64,000 nt of DNA from an uncultured cyanobacterium (GTDB taxonomy: Bacteria > Cyanobacteriota > Cyanobacteriia > Pseudanabaenales > Pseudanabaenaceae), in contig OY969811.1 of assembly GCA_963703315.1 (NCBI GenBank), forward strand, positions 1,920,001-1,984,000. The letters are read 5' to 3'. The translations under genes and the position numbers were made by a program. Below are positions 19,371 through 28,664 of the stretch, in pieces (within the stretch, counting starts at the first letter, position 1; each line of letters starts with the position of its first letter). The notes beneath the pieces are model-generated. The model was not told where the DNA came from. It was given only the letters and a program-made list of their open reading frames with translations, and did not search any database.

Positions 19371-20630
19371 ATGATCGTAACACTTTCCAGACAATCAACT
19401 CTAAGCCTATCAATAAACGGCGATCGCCTTGATCGCCATCTTGCGGAACTTGCAGAAATAGGTAAGCTAGCTAATGGGGGCGTATGTAGACTGGCTTTTT
19501 CCGATGCCGATGTGCAGGCGCGATCGCTGATCAAAAGTTGGATGCTGGAAGCAGGGATGACCGTGCGCGGTGATGCAGTCGGGAATATCATTGGCACGTA
19601 TGCTGGTACGGAGTCAGGGATGGCGGCATTGGCGACAGGTTCGCACATTGATACAGTGCCTGTGGGAGGTCGCTATGATGGCTGTCTGGGTGTTTTAGCA
19701 GGAATTGAAGTAGCACGAGTATTTCAAGAAAATCAGTTCCGTTTACGCCATCCTTTGGAAGTAATTGTTTTCTCTGACGAAGAAAATAGCGTCATTGGGT
19801 GCAAAGCGATCGCAGGAAATGCCCCCACCGATCCCGAACGCTATCGCCGCAAAGATGGTACATCCATTCAGGATTGTTTAGCCAAAGTTGGTGGTGATTG
19901 GAATGCTGTAGCAACAGCAAAGCGCGATCGCAATGACATTGCTGCTTTTATAGAACTGCACGTCGAGCAAGGTGGGGTATTGGAAGCGCTAGATAAACAA
20001 ATCGGCGTAGTTACGGGCATAGTTGGTCAATATCGCTTTATGGTGCAGATCATCGGTCGTCCCAATCACGCAGGGACAACGCTAATGAATATGCGAAAGG
20101 ATGCTCTTGTGGCGGCTTCTCAACTTGTACTTGCCATCAATCGTTTGGGAATGACAACTAAAGGCGATCAAGTGGCTACAGTGGGACATCTCACCGTTTC
20201 CCCTAATGCCACTAATGTTGTACCTGCCCATGTTGATTTGAGCATTGATCTGCGCGATCTATCAGAAGAAAATTTACGGTTTCTAATTGATCAGATTGAA
20301 CAAGAATGTAAGGCGATCGCTAAAAATACGGGTACAGAAATTACAATTGAGCAGAAGCTTCATGTTTTACCAACTCCAGCTAAATCGGAACTCATGGAGG
20401 CGATCACCAAAGTTTGCGAAGACCTTGAACTTAGTTATGATTATTTACCGAGTCGGGCGGGGCATGATGCCCAAGAGATCGGACGTTTTACGGATATGGG
20501 GATGATTTTTGTACCAAGTCGTGACGGTATTAGCCATTCTCAAGATGAATATACTTCTCCTGAACAATGCGCTCAAGGGGCAAATGTTCTATTACATACA
20601 CTTTTGGCGATCGATAATTGCTATCCCTAG
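19371..20630 (+). CDS. M20 Zn-dependent amidohydrolase (allantoate amidohydrolase / N-carbamoylase family)
   Basis: GSHIDTVP.GGRYDG.LGV, DEE, ELHVEQG, NHAGTT, SRAGHDA, GISH. Confidence 0.9.
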   Translation: MIVTLSRQSTLSLSINGDRLDRHLAELAEIGKLANGGVCRLAFSDADVQARSLIKSWMLEAGMTVRGDAVGNIIGTYAGTESGMAALATGSHIDTVPVGGRYDGCLGVLAGIEVARVFQENQFRLRHPLEVIVFSDEENSVIGCKAIAGNAPTDPERYRRKDGTSIQDCLAKVGGDWNAVATAKRDRNDIAAFIELHVEQGGVLEALDKQIGVVTGIVGQYRFMVQIIGRPNHAGTTLMNMRKDALVAASQLVLAINRLGMTTKGDQVATVGHLTVSPNATNVVPAHVDLSIDLRDLSEENLRFLIDQIEQECKAIAKNTGTEITIEQKLHVLPTPAKSELMEAITKVCEDLELSYDYLPSRAGHDAQEIGRFTDMGMIFVPSRDGISHSQDEYTSPEQCAQGANVLLHTLLAIDNCYP

Positions 20631-20716
20631 TTGTCAATCCTCCCAGTGAATAATTTTGGGTGCGCGGCTCCGCCGCGCACCCAAAATTATTCACTATCAA
20701 ACTTAGGTAAATCTTA

Positions 20717-22072
20717 ATGGGTACAGTTCTCGTCAAAAATATTCATACTTTGGTGACAATGGATCGCGATCGCCGCGAGCTTCATAATGCAGCAATTTTT
20801 GTGCAGGATCAGGCGATCGCACAGGTCGGACTGACCGAAGATTTACCTAAAGATGCGGATCAAGTTCTCGATTTGCAAGGAAGACATATTGTCATGCCGG
20901 GGTTAGTCAATACTCACCACCATTTCTACCAAACCCTTACCAAAGTAGTTCCCGATGCTCAGAATTGCGATCTATTCAACTGGCTAAAAACACTCTATCC
21001 AATTTGGTCAAAACTAACTGCTGAAGGTGTCTATGTGAGCGCTCAGATGGCTGCCGCCGAACTAATGCTCTCTGGCTGTACCACTGCGAGTGATCATCTC
21101 TATATCTATCCCAATGACTGTACCTTAGATGATGAAATTGCGGCGATGCAAGCGATCGGCATCCGCTTTCATGCCAGTCGCGGCAGTATGAGTGTCGGAG
21201 AGAGTTTAGGTGGATTGCCCCCTGATAGTTTAGTAGAAAAGGAAGCAGATATTCTCAAAGACTCGCAACGATTGATTGAACAGTATCATGATTCCTCTCG
21301 TTATGCGATGTTGCGAATGACCTTAGCTCCCTGTTCACCTTTCTCCGTTTCCCCTGACCTCATGCGCGAGTCGGCAACGATGGCGCGATCCTATACCAGT
21401 GTGAGACTGCATACTCATCTTGCGGAAAACCAATCCGATATCGACTACAGTTTGCAGAAGTTTGGAATGAGTCCTGAAGACTATGCGGAATCAGTCGGTT
21501 GGCTTGGTGATGATGTTTGGCACGCCCATTGTGTGAAGTTAAGTGATCAAGCGATCGCCAAGTTTGGACGCACTGGCACTGGAGTAGCACATTGTCCTTG
21601 CAGTAATATGCGTCTGGCGAGTGGCATTGCCCCCATTCGTAAAATGCTTAATCATGGTGTGCCTGTGGGCTTGGGGGTGGATGGTTCCGCTTCCAATGAC
21701 ATTGGCAACTTGATGCAAGAAGCTAGAACTGCTTTTCTCTTAGCAAGAGTTGGTAGTTGCGATGCCCAGTCAATGAGTGCTAGAGATGTTTTAGAAATTG
21801 CCACCTTAGGCGGCGCGAGGGTATTGGGAAGAGATGACATCGGCGCGATCGCCCCCAATATGGCGGCAGATTTTATTGCGATTAATGTTGATCGTCCAGA
21901 GTTCGCAGGCGCACATCGCGACTTAGTATCGGCTTTGATCTTCTGTCCTGTCGGCAATGTGGATTACAGTTTTATCAATGGGCGAATGGTAGTGGAACGT
22001 GGACAATTAACTACCGTCGATCTACCGATTCTAATTGAACGGACAAATAAATTGTCACTAGCCATGTTGTAG
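20717..22072 (+). CDS. 8-oxoguanine deaminase family amidohydrolase (AtzB-like)
   Basis: PGLVNTHHHFYQTLT, GCTT.SDHLY, RFHASRGSMS.G, APCSPFSV, LHTHLAE, CSNMRLASG, GVDGSASND. Confidence 0.88.
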   Translation: MGTVLVKNIHTLVTMDRDRRELHNAAIFVQDQAIAQVGLTEDLPKDADQVLDLQGRHIVMPGLVNTHHHFYQTLTKVVPDAQNCDLFNWLKTLYPIWSKLTAEGVYVSAQMAAAELMLSGCTTASDHLYIYPNDCTLDDEIAAMQAIGIRFHASRGSMSVGESLGGLPPDSLVEKEADILKDSQRLIEQYHDSSRYAMLRMTLAPCSPFSVSPDLMRESATMARSYTSVRLHTHLAENQSDIDYSLQKFGMSPEDYAESVGWLGDDVWHAHCVKLSDQAIAKFGRTGTGVAHCPCSNMRLASGIAPIRKMLNHGVPVGLGVDGSASNDIGNLMQEARTAFLLARVGSCDAQSMSARDVLEIATLGGARVLGRDDIGAIAPNMAADFIAINVDRPEFAGAHRDLVSALIFCPVGNVDYSFINGRMVVERGQLTTVDLPILIERTNKLSLAML

Positions 22073-22123
22073 AGTTGGGCGATCGCCAAAGAATGAAACG
22101 CTCTTTCCTCCTTTGATCTGTAT

Positions 22124-22137
22124 GTATTGTTGTATAC
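22124..22137. promoter_or_regulatory. Putative NtcA box
   Basis: tGTA-TTGTTGTA-TACa upstream of ABC operon. Confidence 0.6.
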
Positions 22138-22177
22138 AGAAACTTTCTTGCTACTAACCTTAAATACAGGTTAGTTC

Positions 22178-22192
22178 TGTATACAGTATACA
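22178..22192. promoter_or_regulatory. Putative GntR operator TGTATACAGTATACA
   Basis: Full 15-bp palindrome 22 bp before SBP start. Confidence 0.8.
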
Positions 22193-22214
22193 TATTTAGC
22201 TTTGCAGAGAGATA

Positions 22215-23351
22215 ATGCTTCATACTTTCAAGAAACAGTTACACAGAATTCTCTTTATTGCAGTTTCCACAACAGTACTTGCTGCTTGCAACAGTGCGCC
22301 ACCAAGCACAACCTCTGGCGATAAGCCTTCAACAACTGCAACAACGACCAAATCAGTCAATCCTGATCAGAAAGCCAAACAAGATATTCGTGTGCAGCTT
22401 CCCTTTCTGAAACAAAGTCTTGATGCACCTCTAATTTGGGCGATCGAAAAAGGCTATTTTGCAGAGGAAGGACTAAACGTCAGTTACGAGCGTGGTTTTG
22501 GGAACGCTGATACCATTAGTAAGTTGGGTACTGGCAAGTACGACATGGCATTTAGCGATGTCTACAATGCGATGGAGTTTAATGACAAAAATCCTAATGA
22601 TAAGATTCTTGCTGTAGCCTTTTATCAAAACAAAGCTCCTTTCTCAATTGTTACTTTCAAAGCAAATGGAATTAAAAGCCCTGCCGAACTATCTGGCAAA
22701 AAGCTTGGTGCGCCCGCAGGTGATGGACCTCGCAAGCTATTTCCTCTTTTGGCGAAAGAAGTGAAAATCTCTCCCGATTCAGTCACTTGGGACACAATGG
22801 AACCGAAGCTGCGGGAAACCTTTTTGCTACAGGGTAAAGTTGATGCAGTCAGTGGTTTTTATACTTCAGTTGTTCCATCATTGATCAAAGGTGGAAAGAC
22901 GATGGAGGATATTCAAATCTTTTTCTATGACGAATATGGCTTAGATTTTTATGGCAATGGGATTTTAGTCAAACAAGATTTCATGACCAAAAATCCTGAA
23001 GCCATCAAAGCTTTCCTCAAAGCCTATTTTCGAGCCATGCAGGAAGTTATCAAAGATCCTAGTGCCGCCCTTGATCTAGTTGTATCCACCGATCAAAGTA
23101 AGTTGATGGATCGAGATGCAGAGAAGCTACGTTTAAAACTCGCCCTCGAACGGATGTATGTGACTCCAGAATTAGAAGCATCTGGTTTGGGTGGTGCGGA
23201 CATGAAACGGCTCGATAAGAGTATCGCTCAAACCGTTGAGGGTTTTAAATTGAAGCCTACTACCTCTGCGGATTTGTTTACCGATAAGTTCTTGCCGCCT
23301 AAAGAACAACGGATGGTTCCTCCTGCTAGCGATCGCAAACCATTGCTCTAA
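22215..23351 (+). CDS. ABC transporter substrate-binding lipoprotein (NMT1/THI5/SsuA-like)
   Basis: Lipobox LAAC; A.EKGYFAEEGL.V; GIKSPAEL.GKKLG. Confidence 0.9.
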   Translation: MLHTFKKQLHRILFIAVSTTVLAACNSAPPSTTSGDKPSTTATTTKSVNPDQKAKQDIRVQLPFLKQSLDAPLIWAIEKGYFAEEGLNVSYERGFGNADTISKLGTGKYDMAFSDVYNAMEFNDKNPNDKILAVAFYQNKAPFSIVTFKANGIKSPAELSGKKLGAPAGDGPRKLFPLLAKEVKISPDSVTWDTMEPKLRETFLLQGKVDAVSGFYTSVVPSLIKGGKTMEDIQIFFYDEYGLDFYGNGILVKQDFMTKNPEAIKAFLKAYFRAMQEVIKDPSAALDLVVSTDQSKLMDRDAEKLRLKLALERMYVTPELEASGLGGADMKRLDKSIAQTVEGFKLKPTTSADLFTDKFLPPKEQRMVPPASDRKPLL

Positions 23352-23363
23352 TAGCAAAACAGA

Positions 23364-23424
23364 TACCAAAACAGAAAATGGCATAGCCATTTTCTGTTTT
23401 TAAAACCCTTACTGGGTTTGGTTT
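23364..23424 (-). repeat. Dispersed intergenic repeat, copy 2
   Basis: Inverted homolog of 7117-7176. Confidence 0.65.
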
Positions 23425-23457
23425 CATTACTCCACTCAATAAAATGGCATAACTAAA

Positions 23458-24282
23458 ATGGTTCAGCCTCTAACTTCCTCTTCTACTGAAACTGCTACTC
23501 ATTCTATGCCCTTGCTAGAATTTGATCGGATTGGTTTGGAATATCCATTTGGCGAATCGATGCGTCGGATTATTCAGGAAATCTCGCTCGACATCCAAGC
23601 AGGTGAATTTGTCTCTTTTGTCGGTCCTAGTGGATGCGGCAAAACCTCGATTTTACGGATGGTTTCAGGCTTAAGTCCAACTAAAATTGGTGAGTTACGT
23701 TGTCATGGTCAACCAGTCACAAAACCACTCAAAAATGTGGGTATTGCTTTCCAGAATCCCGTATTACTACCTTGGCGACGGACTATTGATAATGTATTAC
23801 TGCCCTTAGAAGTAGTCCATCCCTATAAGCGCGATTTCAAAGTTAATCATGCTCATTATGTGGAAATGGCACAAAAATTATTGCAGGCAGTGGGTTTAAA
23901 GGATTTCCAACAGCAGTTCCCTTGGCAGTTGTCGGGTGGTATGCGGCAGAGAGCTTCTCTTTGTCGTTCCTTGATTCACCAACCAGAAATTTTACTATTA
24001 GATGAACCCTTTGGGGCGCTAGATGCCTTTACCCGTGAGGAAATGTGGGTAATGCTGCAAAAGTTATGGATGGAAGCAAAGTGTGTGGGAATTTTAATTA
24101 CCCATGATTTGAGAGAAGCTGTATTTTTGTCAGATACCGTTTATGTGATGAGTCCACGCCCCAGTGAGATTGCTTTCAAGCTGAAAATTGATCTGCCGCG
24201 TCCAAGAACCTTAGAAATGTGTCTCAGTGATGAGTTTGCTCATCTTGCTGCCGAACTACGTCGTCATATTCACAAAAACTAA
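23458..24282 (+). CDS. ABC transporter ATP-binding protein (NitT/TauT family)
   Basis: GPSGCGKT, LSGGMRQR, LLLDEPFGALD, H-loop ITHD. Confidence 0.95.
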   Translation: MVQPLTSSSTETATHSMPLLEFDRIGLEYPFGESMRRIIQEISLDIQAGEFVSFVGPSGCGKTSILRMVSGLSPTKIGELRCHGQPVTKPLKNVGIAFQNPVLLPWRRTIDNVLLPLEVVHPYKRDFKVNHAHYVEMAQKLLQAVGLKDFQQQFPWQLSGGMRQRASLCRSLIHQPEILLLDEPFGALDAFTREEMWVMLQKLWMEAKCVGILITHDLREAVFLSDTVYVMSPRPSEIAFKLKIDLPRPRTLEMCLSDEFAHLAAELRRHIHKN

Positions 24283-24401
24283 ACTATCTAAAAGCTGTAG
24301 TGAAGTACGGGATTGTTTCCCCGCCTTCGGCGGGGAAACAATCCTATGTACCTCGCTTGCTTGAAAAGCGCTATATATGAAAATGATCCTCAGGAGAAAA
24401 T

Positions 24402-25211
24402 ATGCAGGGAACTATTGAGAATGCAAGGCAATCGCCTAAGAAGTTTGATTTTGATGCTTTTCTGAATACGAAATCGGCGACGGTCATCTTGCCAGCGATC
24501 GCCACAGTTGTATTATTTGTGATCTGGGAAGTTGCAGTATGGGCATTGAAGATTCAGCCTTTTAATTTACCTGCTCCTTCCAAAATTTTAGAAGCAACCA
24601 TCAAATTTGCACCTCAGCTTACCGAAAACTCTTTGAGAACAATCTGGACAACCTTTGCGGGTTTTGCGATCGCTAGCATCGTCGGTGTAGTTTTAGGCTT
24701 TCTAATTGGTTACTCTCGATTCATTTATCTAACTTTCTATCCATTACTAGTTGCCTTTAATACAATTCCGAAGTCAGCACTAGTGCCATTGTTAGCGGTT
24801 TGGTTTGGAGCCAATGCTATTCCTGCGATCGTCACCGCATTTTTGCTAGCATTTTTCCCGATCGCGGTTAATGTTGCCCTTGGTTTAGAAACCATTGAGC
24901 CTGAGATGAAAGATGTTTTACACGCTTTGGGAGCATCTAATTTTGAGATATTCCAGAAAGTTGGCTGGCCGCATACCTTACCCTATGTATTTGCCTCTCT
25001 CAAAATTGCGGTTTCCTTTTCCTTTATCGGAGCCGTAATTGCTGAGTCGATCGCTTCTAATGCAGGTTTAGGCTATCTGATCGTACAGGCAGCATCGGAC
25101 TTTAATGTACCTCTTGCCTTTGCAGCATTGATTGCCCTTGCGATCTTAGGGGTGATGCTATACGCCTTATTTGTCGCTATAGAAAAGAAAGTTATCTACT
25201 GGGCAAGATAA
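24402..25211 (+). CDS. ABC transporter permease (NitT/TauT family)
   Basis: LPAPS, IPK.AL.PL...WFG, EAA-like LGAS..EIF.KV..P..LP, GLGYLI. Confidence 0.93.
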   Translation: MQGTIENARQSPKKFDFDAFLNTKSATVILPAIATVVLFVIWEVAVWALKIQPFNLPAPSKILEATIKFAPQLTENSLRTIWTTFAGFAIASIVGVVLGFLIGYSRFIYLTFYPLLVAFNTIPKSALVPLLAVWFGANAIPAIVTAFLLAFFPIAVNVALGLETIEPEMKDVLHALGASNFEIFQKVGWPHTLPYVFASLKIAVSFSFIGAVIAESIASNAGLGYLIVQAASDFNVPLAFAALIALAILGVMLYALFVAIEKKVIYWAR

Positions 25212-25224
25212 TCCTCTAACAAGC

Positions 25225-25260
25225 AATAAAAAAGGCTCGCCTAGGCGAGCCTTTTTTATT
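25225..25260. terminator. Bidirectional terminator-like hairpin
   Basis: AATAAAAAAGGCTCGCCTAGGCGAGCCTTTTTTATT. Confidence 0.8.
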
Positions 25261-25265
25261 GTTTG

Positions 25266-25442
25266 TTATCTAGGTTTTGGCAACCATCCCAAATGGCGAT
25301 AGTTTGGGTGGAGATAATCTTTGGGTTCACGGCTGTCAATTACTTCTTCAAATTTTGGCAGATCATCTACCTCTATAAATATTAGGCGATCGTCATAATT
25401 TCGATCTTTGGGTTGCTTGATATTTTTACTAAGAGTTTGCAT
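25266..25442 (-). CDS. Possible 58-aa small protein
   Basis: Manual: MQTLSKNIKQPKDRNYDDRLIFIEVDDLPKFEEVIDSREPKDYLHPNYRHLGWLPKPR*; stop abuts the bidirectional hairpin. Confidence 0.45.
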   Translation of the reverse strand: MQTLSKNIKQPKDRNYDDRLIFIEVDDLPKFEEVIDSREPKDYLHPNYRHLGWLPKPR

Positions 25443-25695
25443 AGCTTTGTTTTAACTCATAAATTTTAATTTCTATTTGTATTATAAACTACATTTATTT
25501 CAAAACAAGCTGAGAGTTGTTATTCAATGACATTAATGAATAATTAATGAATATATGGTTAGCTATAGCTAAATAAATTAAGACATCAAGCCCATAAGAG
25601 AGGGGCGGCGCTTTGCGCCGCCCCTCTCTTATGGTATAAAACAGCAAAAGCCTTGCATTGCAAGGCTTTTGCTAAAAATGAACTTTTGCTTGTTT

Positions 25696-27600
25696 CTAGA
25701 AACTAAACTGAGTGCGGAGATTACCGACAAATACAGTTGGGTTAGTCGAGAAACTATTAGGATTGAAAATTGCGTAGAAGGCAGGGACGATCGCAATATT
25801 TTTACTGATTGGATAGTAGTAAGACATCTCTACGTCATACTGGGTTGCACCATTCCCACCGCCAGAAGCAAGGAAATTTCGACCACTGCTATAGCTGTGA
25901 GGTACAACAAAGGAAAGTACGCCCAATGCACCTTCCTTAAATAGATCTGGAAAAGCTAAACCAAATTGATAGGCATTTACATTTACACTACCACCAGCGA
26001 TCGCGGGATTAATTGGCGAAATGTTAGTACTACCGTAGGAATAGCGACCAAATACACCAAAACCTTTTGTAATCAACCAATCAAAGTTAAGGATAAACGT
26101 ATCTGCGGTCGCATTATTGATACCGCCACCTTGACCATCATCCGCAATCCCGTATGGCAGAGGTTCAGCAGTAGCGCCAGTAATCCGATTAGCAAGAGGT
26201 GGGATAAGAACGCCAGTGGTTTTAATATTGGAATGAGTGTACAAGAACCGAAAGTTGGCATCACGACTTGGCGAATATACTAACTCTGCCGACAGTGTAT
26301 TTGTACCTCCAAACAAACCTTGTTGAGGATTGCTAGAAGTATTGAAGTTAGGATTAGTCGCAGGGAGAAATTCTGTGTTTTCACCAAGATAACCAGCAGT
26401 AAATTTAAACTGAGGATTAATCATCCAAGTGACAATTGCACCTGAACCGCGATCGACAGCATTCGATAAAGTACTGCCATTGGAGTTAAAGCTAGTTGCA
26501 CCCGTCAAGAAATTAGTGAAGCGGTTCCCATCAAAATAGCGATAGAAGTTTAAACGAGGACCGATCGCCAGATTGACATTATCAGAAACAGGGAAGCTAT
26601 AAAATAACTCTCGAATATTAAAGGTATTAGCAGTTGGTACACCTGTCTGATCTAGAAACGGTGTCCCCCAAGAGTTAAAGAAACCGTTGGATGCAAAATT
26701 ATTGGCAGGAGAGTTACCATTACCTGTTACCAGTTGAGTTACTAAAGCATCTTTGCCAGTAAATGAGGTGGTTAGGGTGAGAAATAGATAGTAACCAAAG
26801 GTGAGATTAGGACGGATTGCTGTGGTCGTTAAAGGCTGTCCAGTGATACTGCGTGCGCCAGTCTCTCTAATCACATCTCCCGAAGCGGTGGCTCCAGTGA
26901 GATTAAAGAAAGCAAGTCCACTCAGTTTTGTCGTTGTAGAGAACTGCTGTGCTTCGAGCTTAGCTGTTTTTGCATCAAGGGCATCCACACGACCGCGTAA
27001 AGTTGCCAATTCAGCCGCAAATTCTTCTTGCAACTTCTGTAAAGTAGCAAGGTCTTCCTTTGATACTTTGTCCGCTAGCCCTGCGGAAATAATTTCATTA
27101 ATTTTATCCAAACAGGCATTCAGTCCCGCCGCAAATTCATAGCGAGCTAGGGCTTTGCTGCCACGAAAAGTCCGATCAGGATAGCCTGCGATACATCCAT
27201 ATCTTTCTACTAGAGATTGCAGAGCCGTGAATGCCCAATCGGTTGGACGCACATCAGACAACTGGGATACCGAGGTTACTGAGGCAACATCAGTCGTCTC
27301 AGTGAGCTTGTCTACTTCCAGATTGCTAGTAGCTGATTCTACGGTTAGGTTTGGTTGAAGAGTGGTAGCAGCTTCTTGGCGGTCAATTAAATTACTAATT
27401 GATGGCGTAGCTGTCGGTGCAGAATTTGATAAATTATTCGGTAAATTAACTGTTGAGAGATTAGTGGATAAATCTTTTGATAAAGTTTCTGACGTTTGAG
27501 GTGCAGCTTTTACAGGTGCATTGCCCAAAGTAGATAACACAGCAGACATCGTGACAAACATCGCTAGACAAGAGCGCGAACTATTGAAAGCCTTTGACAT
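25696..27600 (-). CDS. Cyanobacterial SLH-domain outer-membrane porin (OprB/SomA-like)
   Basis: VTSVSQLSDVRPTDWAFTALQSLVERYGCIAGYPD SLH motif; QFSTTTKL; C-terminal LRTQFSF. Confidence 0.93.
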   Translation of the reverse strand: MSKAFNSSRSCLAMFVTMSAVLSTLGNAPVKAAPQTSETLSKDLSTNLSTVNLPNNLSNSAPTATPSISNLIDRQEAATTLQPNLTVESATSNLEVDKLTETTDVASVTSVSQLSDVRPTDWAFTALQSLVERYGCIAGYPDRTFRGSKALARYEFAAGLNACLDKINEIISAGLADKVSKEDLATLQKLQEEFAAELATLRGRVDALDAKTAKLEAQQFSTTTKLSGLAFFNLTGATASGDVIRETGARSITGQPLTTTAIRPNLTFGYYLFLTLTTSFTGKDALVTQLVTGNGNSPANNFASNGFFNSWGTPFLDQTGVPTANTFNIRELFYSFPVSDNVNLAIGPRLNFYRYFDGNRFTNFLTGATSFNSNGSTLSNAVDRGSGAIVTWMINPQFKFTAGYLGENTEFLPATNPNFNTSSNPQQGLFGGTNTLSAELVYSPSRDANFRFLYTHSNIKTTGVLIPPLANRITGATAEPLPYGIADDGQGGGINNATADTFILNFDWLITKGFGVFGRYSYGSTNISPINPAIAGGSVNVNAYQFGLAFPDLFKEGALGVLSFVVPHSYSSGRNFLASGGGNGATQYDVEMSYYYPISKNIAIVPAFYAIFNPNSFSTNPTVFVGNLRTQFSF

Positions 27601-27645
27601 AACTCCTCAAACCAATTACATAAGCGACGAAAATACGAATTCAAA

Positions 27646-27693
27646 AATCGCAGTAACTTGAATACTGTATACAGTATTCAAGTTACTGCGATT
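27646..27693. promoter_or_regulatory. Perfect 48-bp palindrome centred on TACTGTATACAGTA (putative GntR operator) upstream of porin
   Basis: AATCGCAGTAACTTGAATACTGTA|TACAGTATTCAAGTTACTGCGATT. Confidence 0.75.
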
Positions 27694-27719
27694 AAACTGG
27701 AGAATCGCGATCGCTTTCT

Positions 27720-27733
27720 GTATTGATGATTAC
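27720..27733. promoter_or_regulatory. Putative NtcA box
   Basis: tGTA-TTGATGAT-TACa upstream of porin. Confidence 0.65.
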
Positions 27734-27805
27734 AGTCAATCCAAAACCAAAGGAACCAATTTTTAGTGGCGCTGCGAAGCCGCGCCACTAAAAACTTGCC
27801 GAAAC

Positions 27806-28165
27806 CTAACTACCGCGATAGGTGCTGTAAGCCCAAGGTGATACCAGTAAGGGGACATGGTAGTTAGCATTGACATCAGAAATACCAAAGCGAATGGGAA
27901 CGCGACTTAGGAAAGGGGGCTGGGTTTGAGATATTTCTAGACTTGCAAAATAGTCACTCACATTAAACCAAATTTCATAAATACCTGACTGCATCTCCGC
28001 ACCACTTAGTAATGGCTGATCGGTTCTGCCATCTTGATTGGTATACAGAGTTTTGAGTAAGGTCTTTTTTTCGTGATTGTCAGTTAACCACAACTCAATC
28101 TGCATATTTCTCGCAGGCGATCCATTTACTGTATCGAGAACATGGGTTGAGAGTTTTCCAGTCAT
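27806..28165 (-). CDS. uraH: 5-hydroxyisourate hydrolase (transthyretin-like)
   Basis: LSTHVLDT..G.PA, TN.DGR, YHVPLL.SPW.YSTYRGS; ATG at 28165. Confidence 0.96.
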   Translation of the reverse strand: MTGKLSTHVLDTVNGSPARNMQIELWLTDNHEKKTLLKTLYTNQDGRTDQPLLSGAEMQSGIYEIWFNVSDYFASLEISQTQPPFLSRVPIRFGISDVNANYHVPLLVSPWAYSTYRGS

Positions 28166-28185
28166 AGTATATTGTATTTGATAAT

Positions 28186-28200
28186 TGCATACTGTATACA
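28186..28200. promoter_or_regulatory. Putative GntR operator TGCATACTGTATACA
   Basis: One mismatch to consensus; between divergent uraH and GGCT-like gene. Confidence 0.75.
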
Positions 28201-28233
28201 ATAACTTAGCCTATAACTTCAACATTGCTACTT

Positions 28234-28626
28234 ATGACCACATCTAACGGGACAAGACGAGTATTTATCTGCGGTTCAGCATTGCGAGGACAGCCTGATC
28301 ATGGCAATTTGCAAGATGCCAAATTTATCCGTACTGCTAATACCCAATCACGTTATCGACTTCATGCGGCTGGCGACGGTTGGCATCCTGCGATTTATGA
28401 AGTAGAAACAGGGGGGATTTCCATCCCTGGGGAAGTCTATGAGATGCAAGCCGATGAATTTGACTACCTCGCTAGTAATGAGCCTCCTCATATGTATCCT
28501 ACAGATGTTTATTTGGAAGATGGAGAAGTATTGACAGCTTTCTTCTATCCTCAAGAGTTAATCGAAAAGTTTAATTGGAAAGACATCTCTCATCTTGGTG
28601 GTTGGGCTGCTTATAAAAGTGCATAG
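28234..28626 (+). CDS. Gamma-glutamylcyclotransferase-fold protein resembling allophanate hydrolase C-terminal domain
   Basis: VFICGSALRGQPDH.NL..A.F.....T...YRL, I.GEVY, EPP, L.DG, DIS..GGW.AY. Confidence 0.75.
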   Translation: MTTSNGTRRVFICGSALRGQPDHGNLQDAKFIRTANTQSRYRLHAAGDGWHPAIYEVETGGISIPGEVYEMQADEFDYLASNEPPHMYPTDVYLEDGEVLTAFFYPQELIEKFNWKDISHLGGWAAYKSA

Positions 28627-28664
28627 ACTAAAAGAAAATGGCTCGCTTTGCGAGCCATTTTCTT

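Noticed and set aside
20717..22072. Atrazine-degradation cluster (atzB plus atzD)
   Set aside because: No atzA/trzN/atzC or IS elements; context, HIP1 content and operators indicate a native purine island
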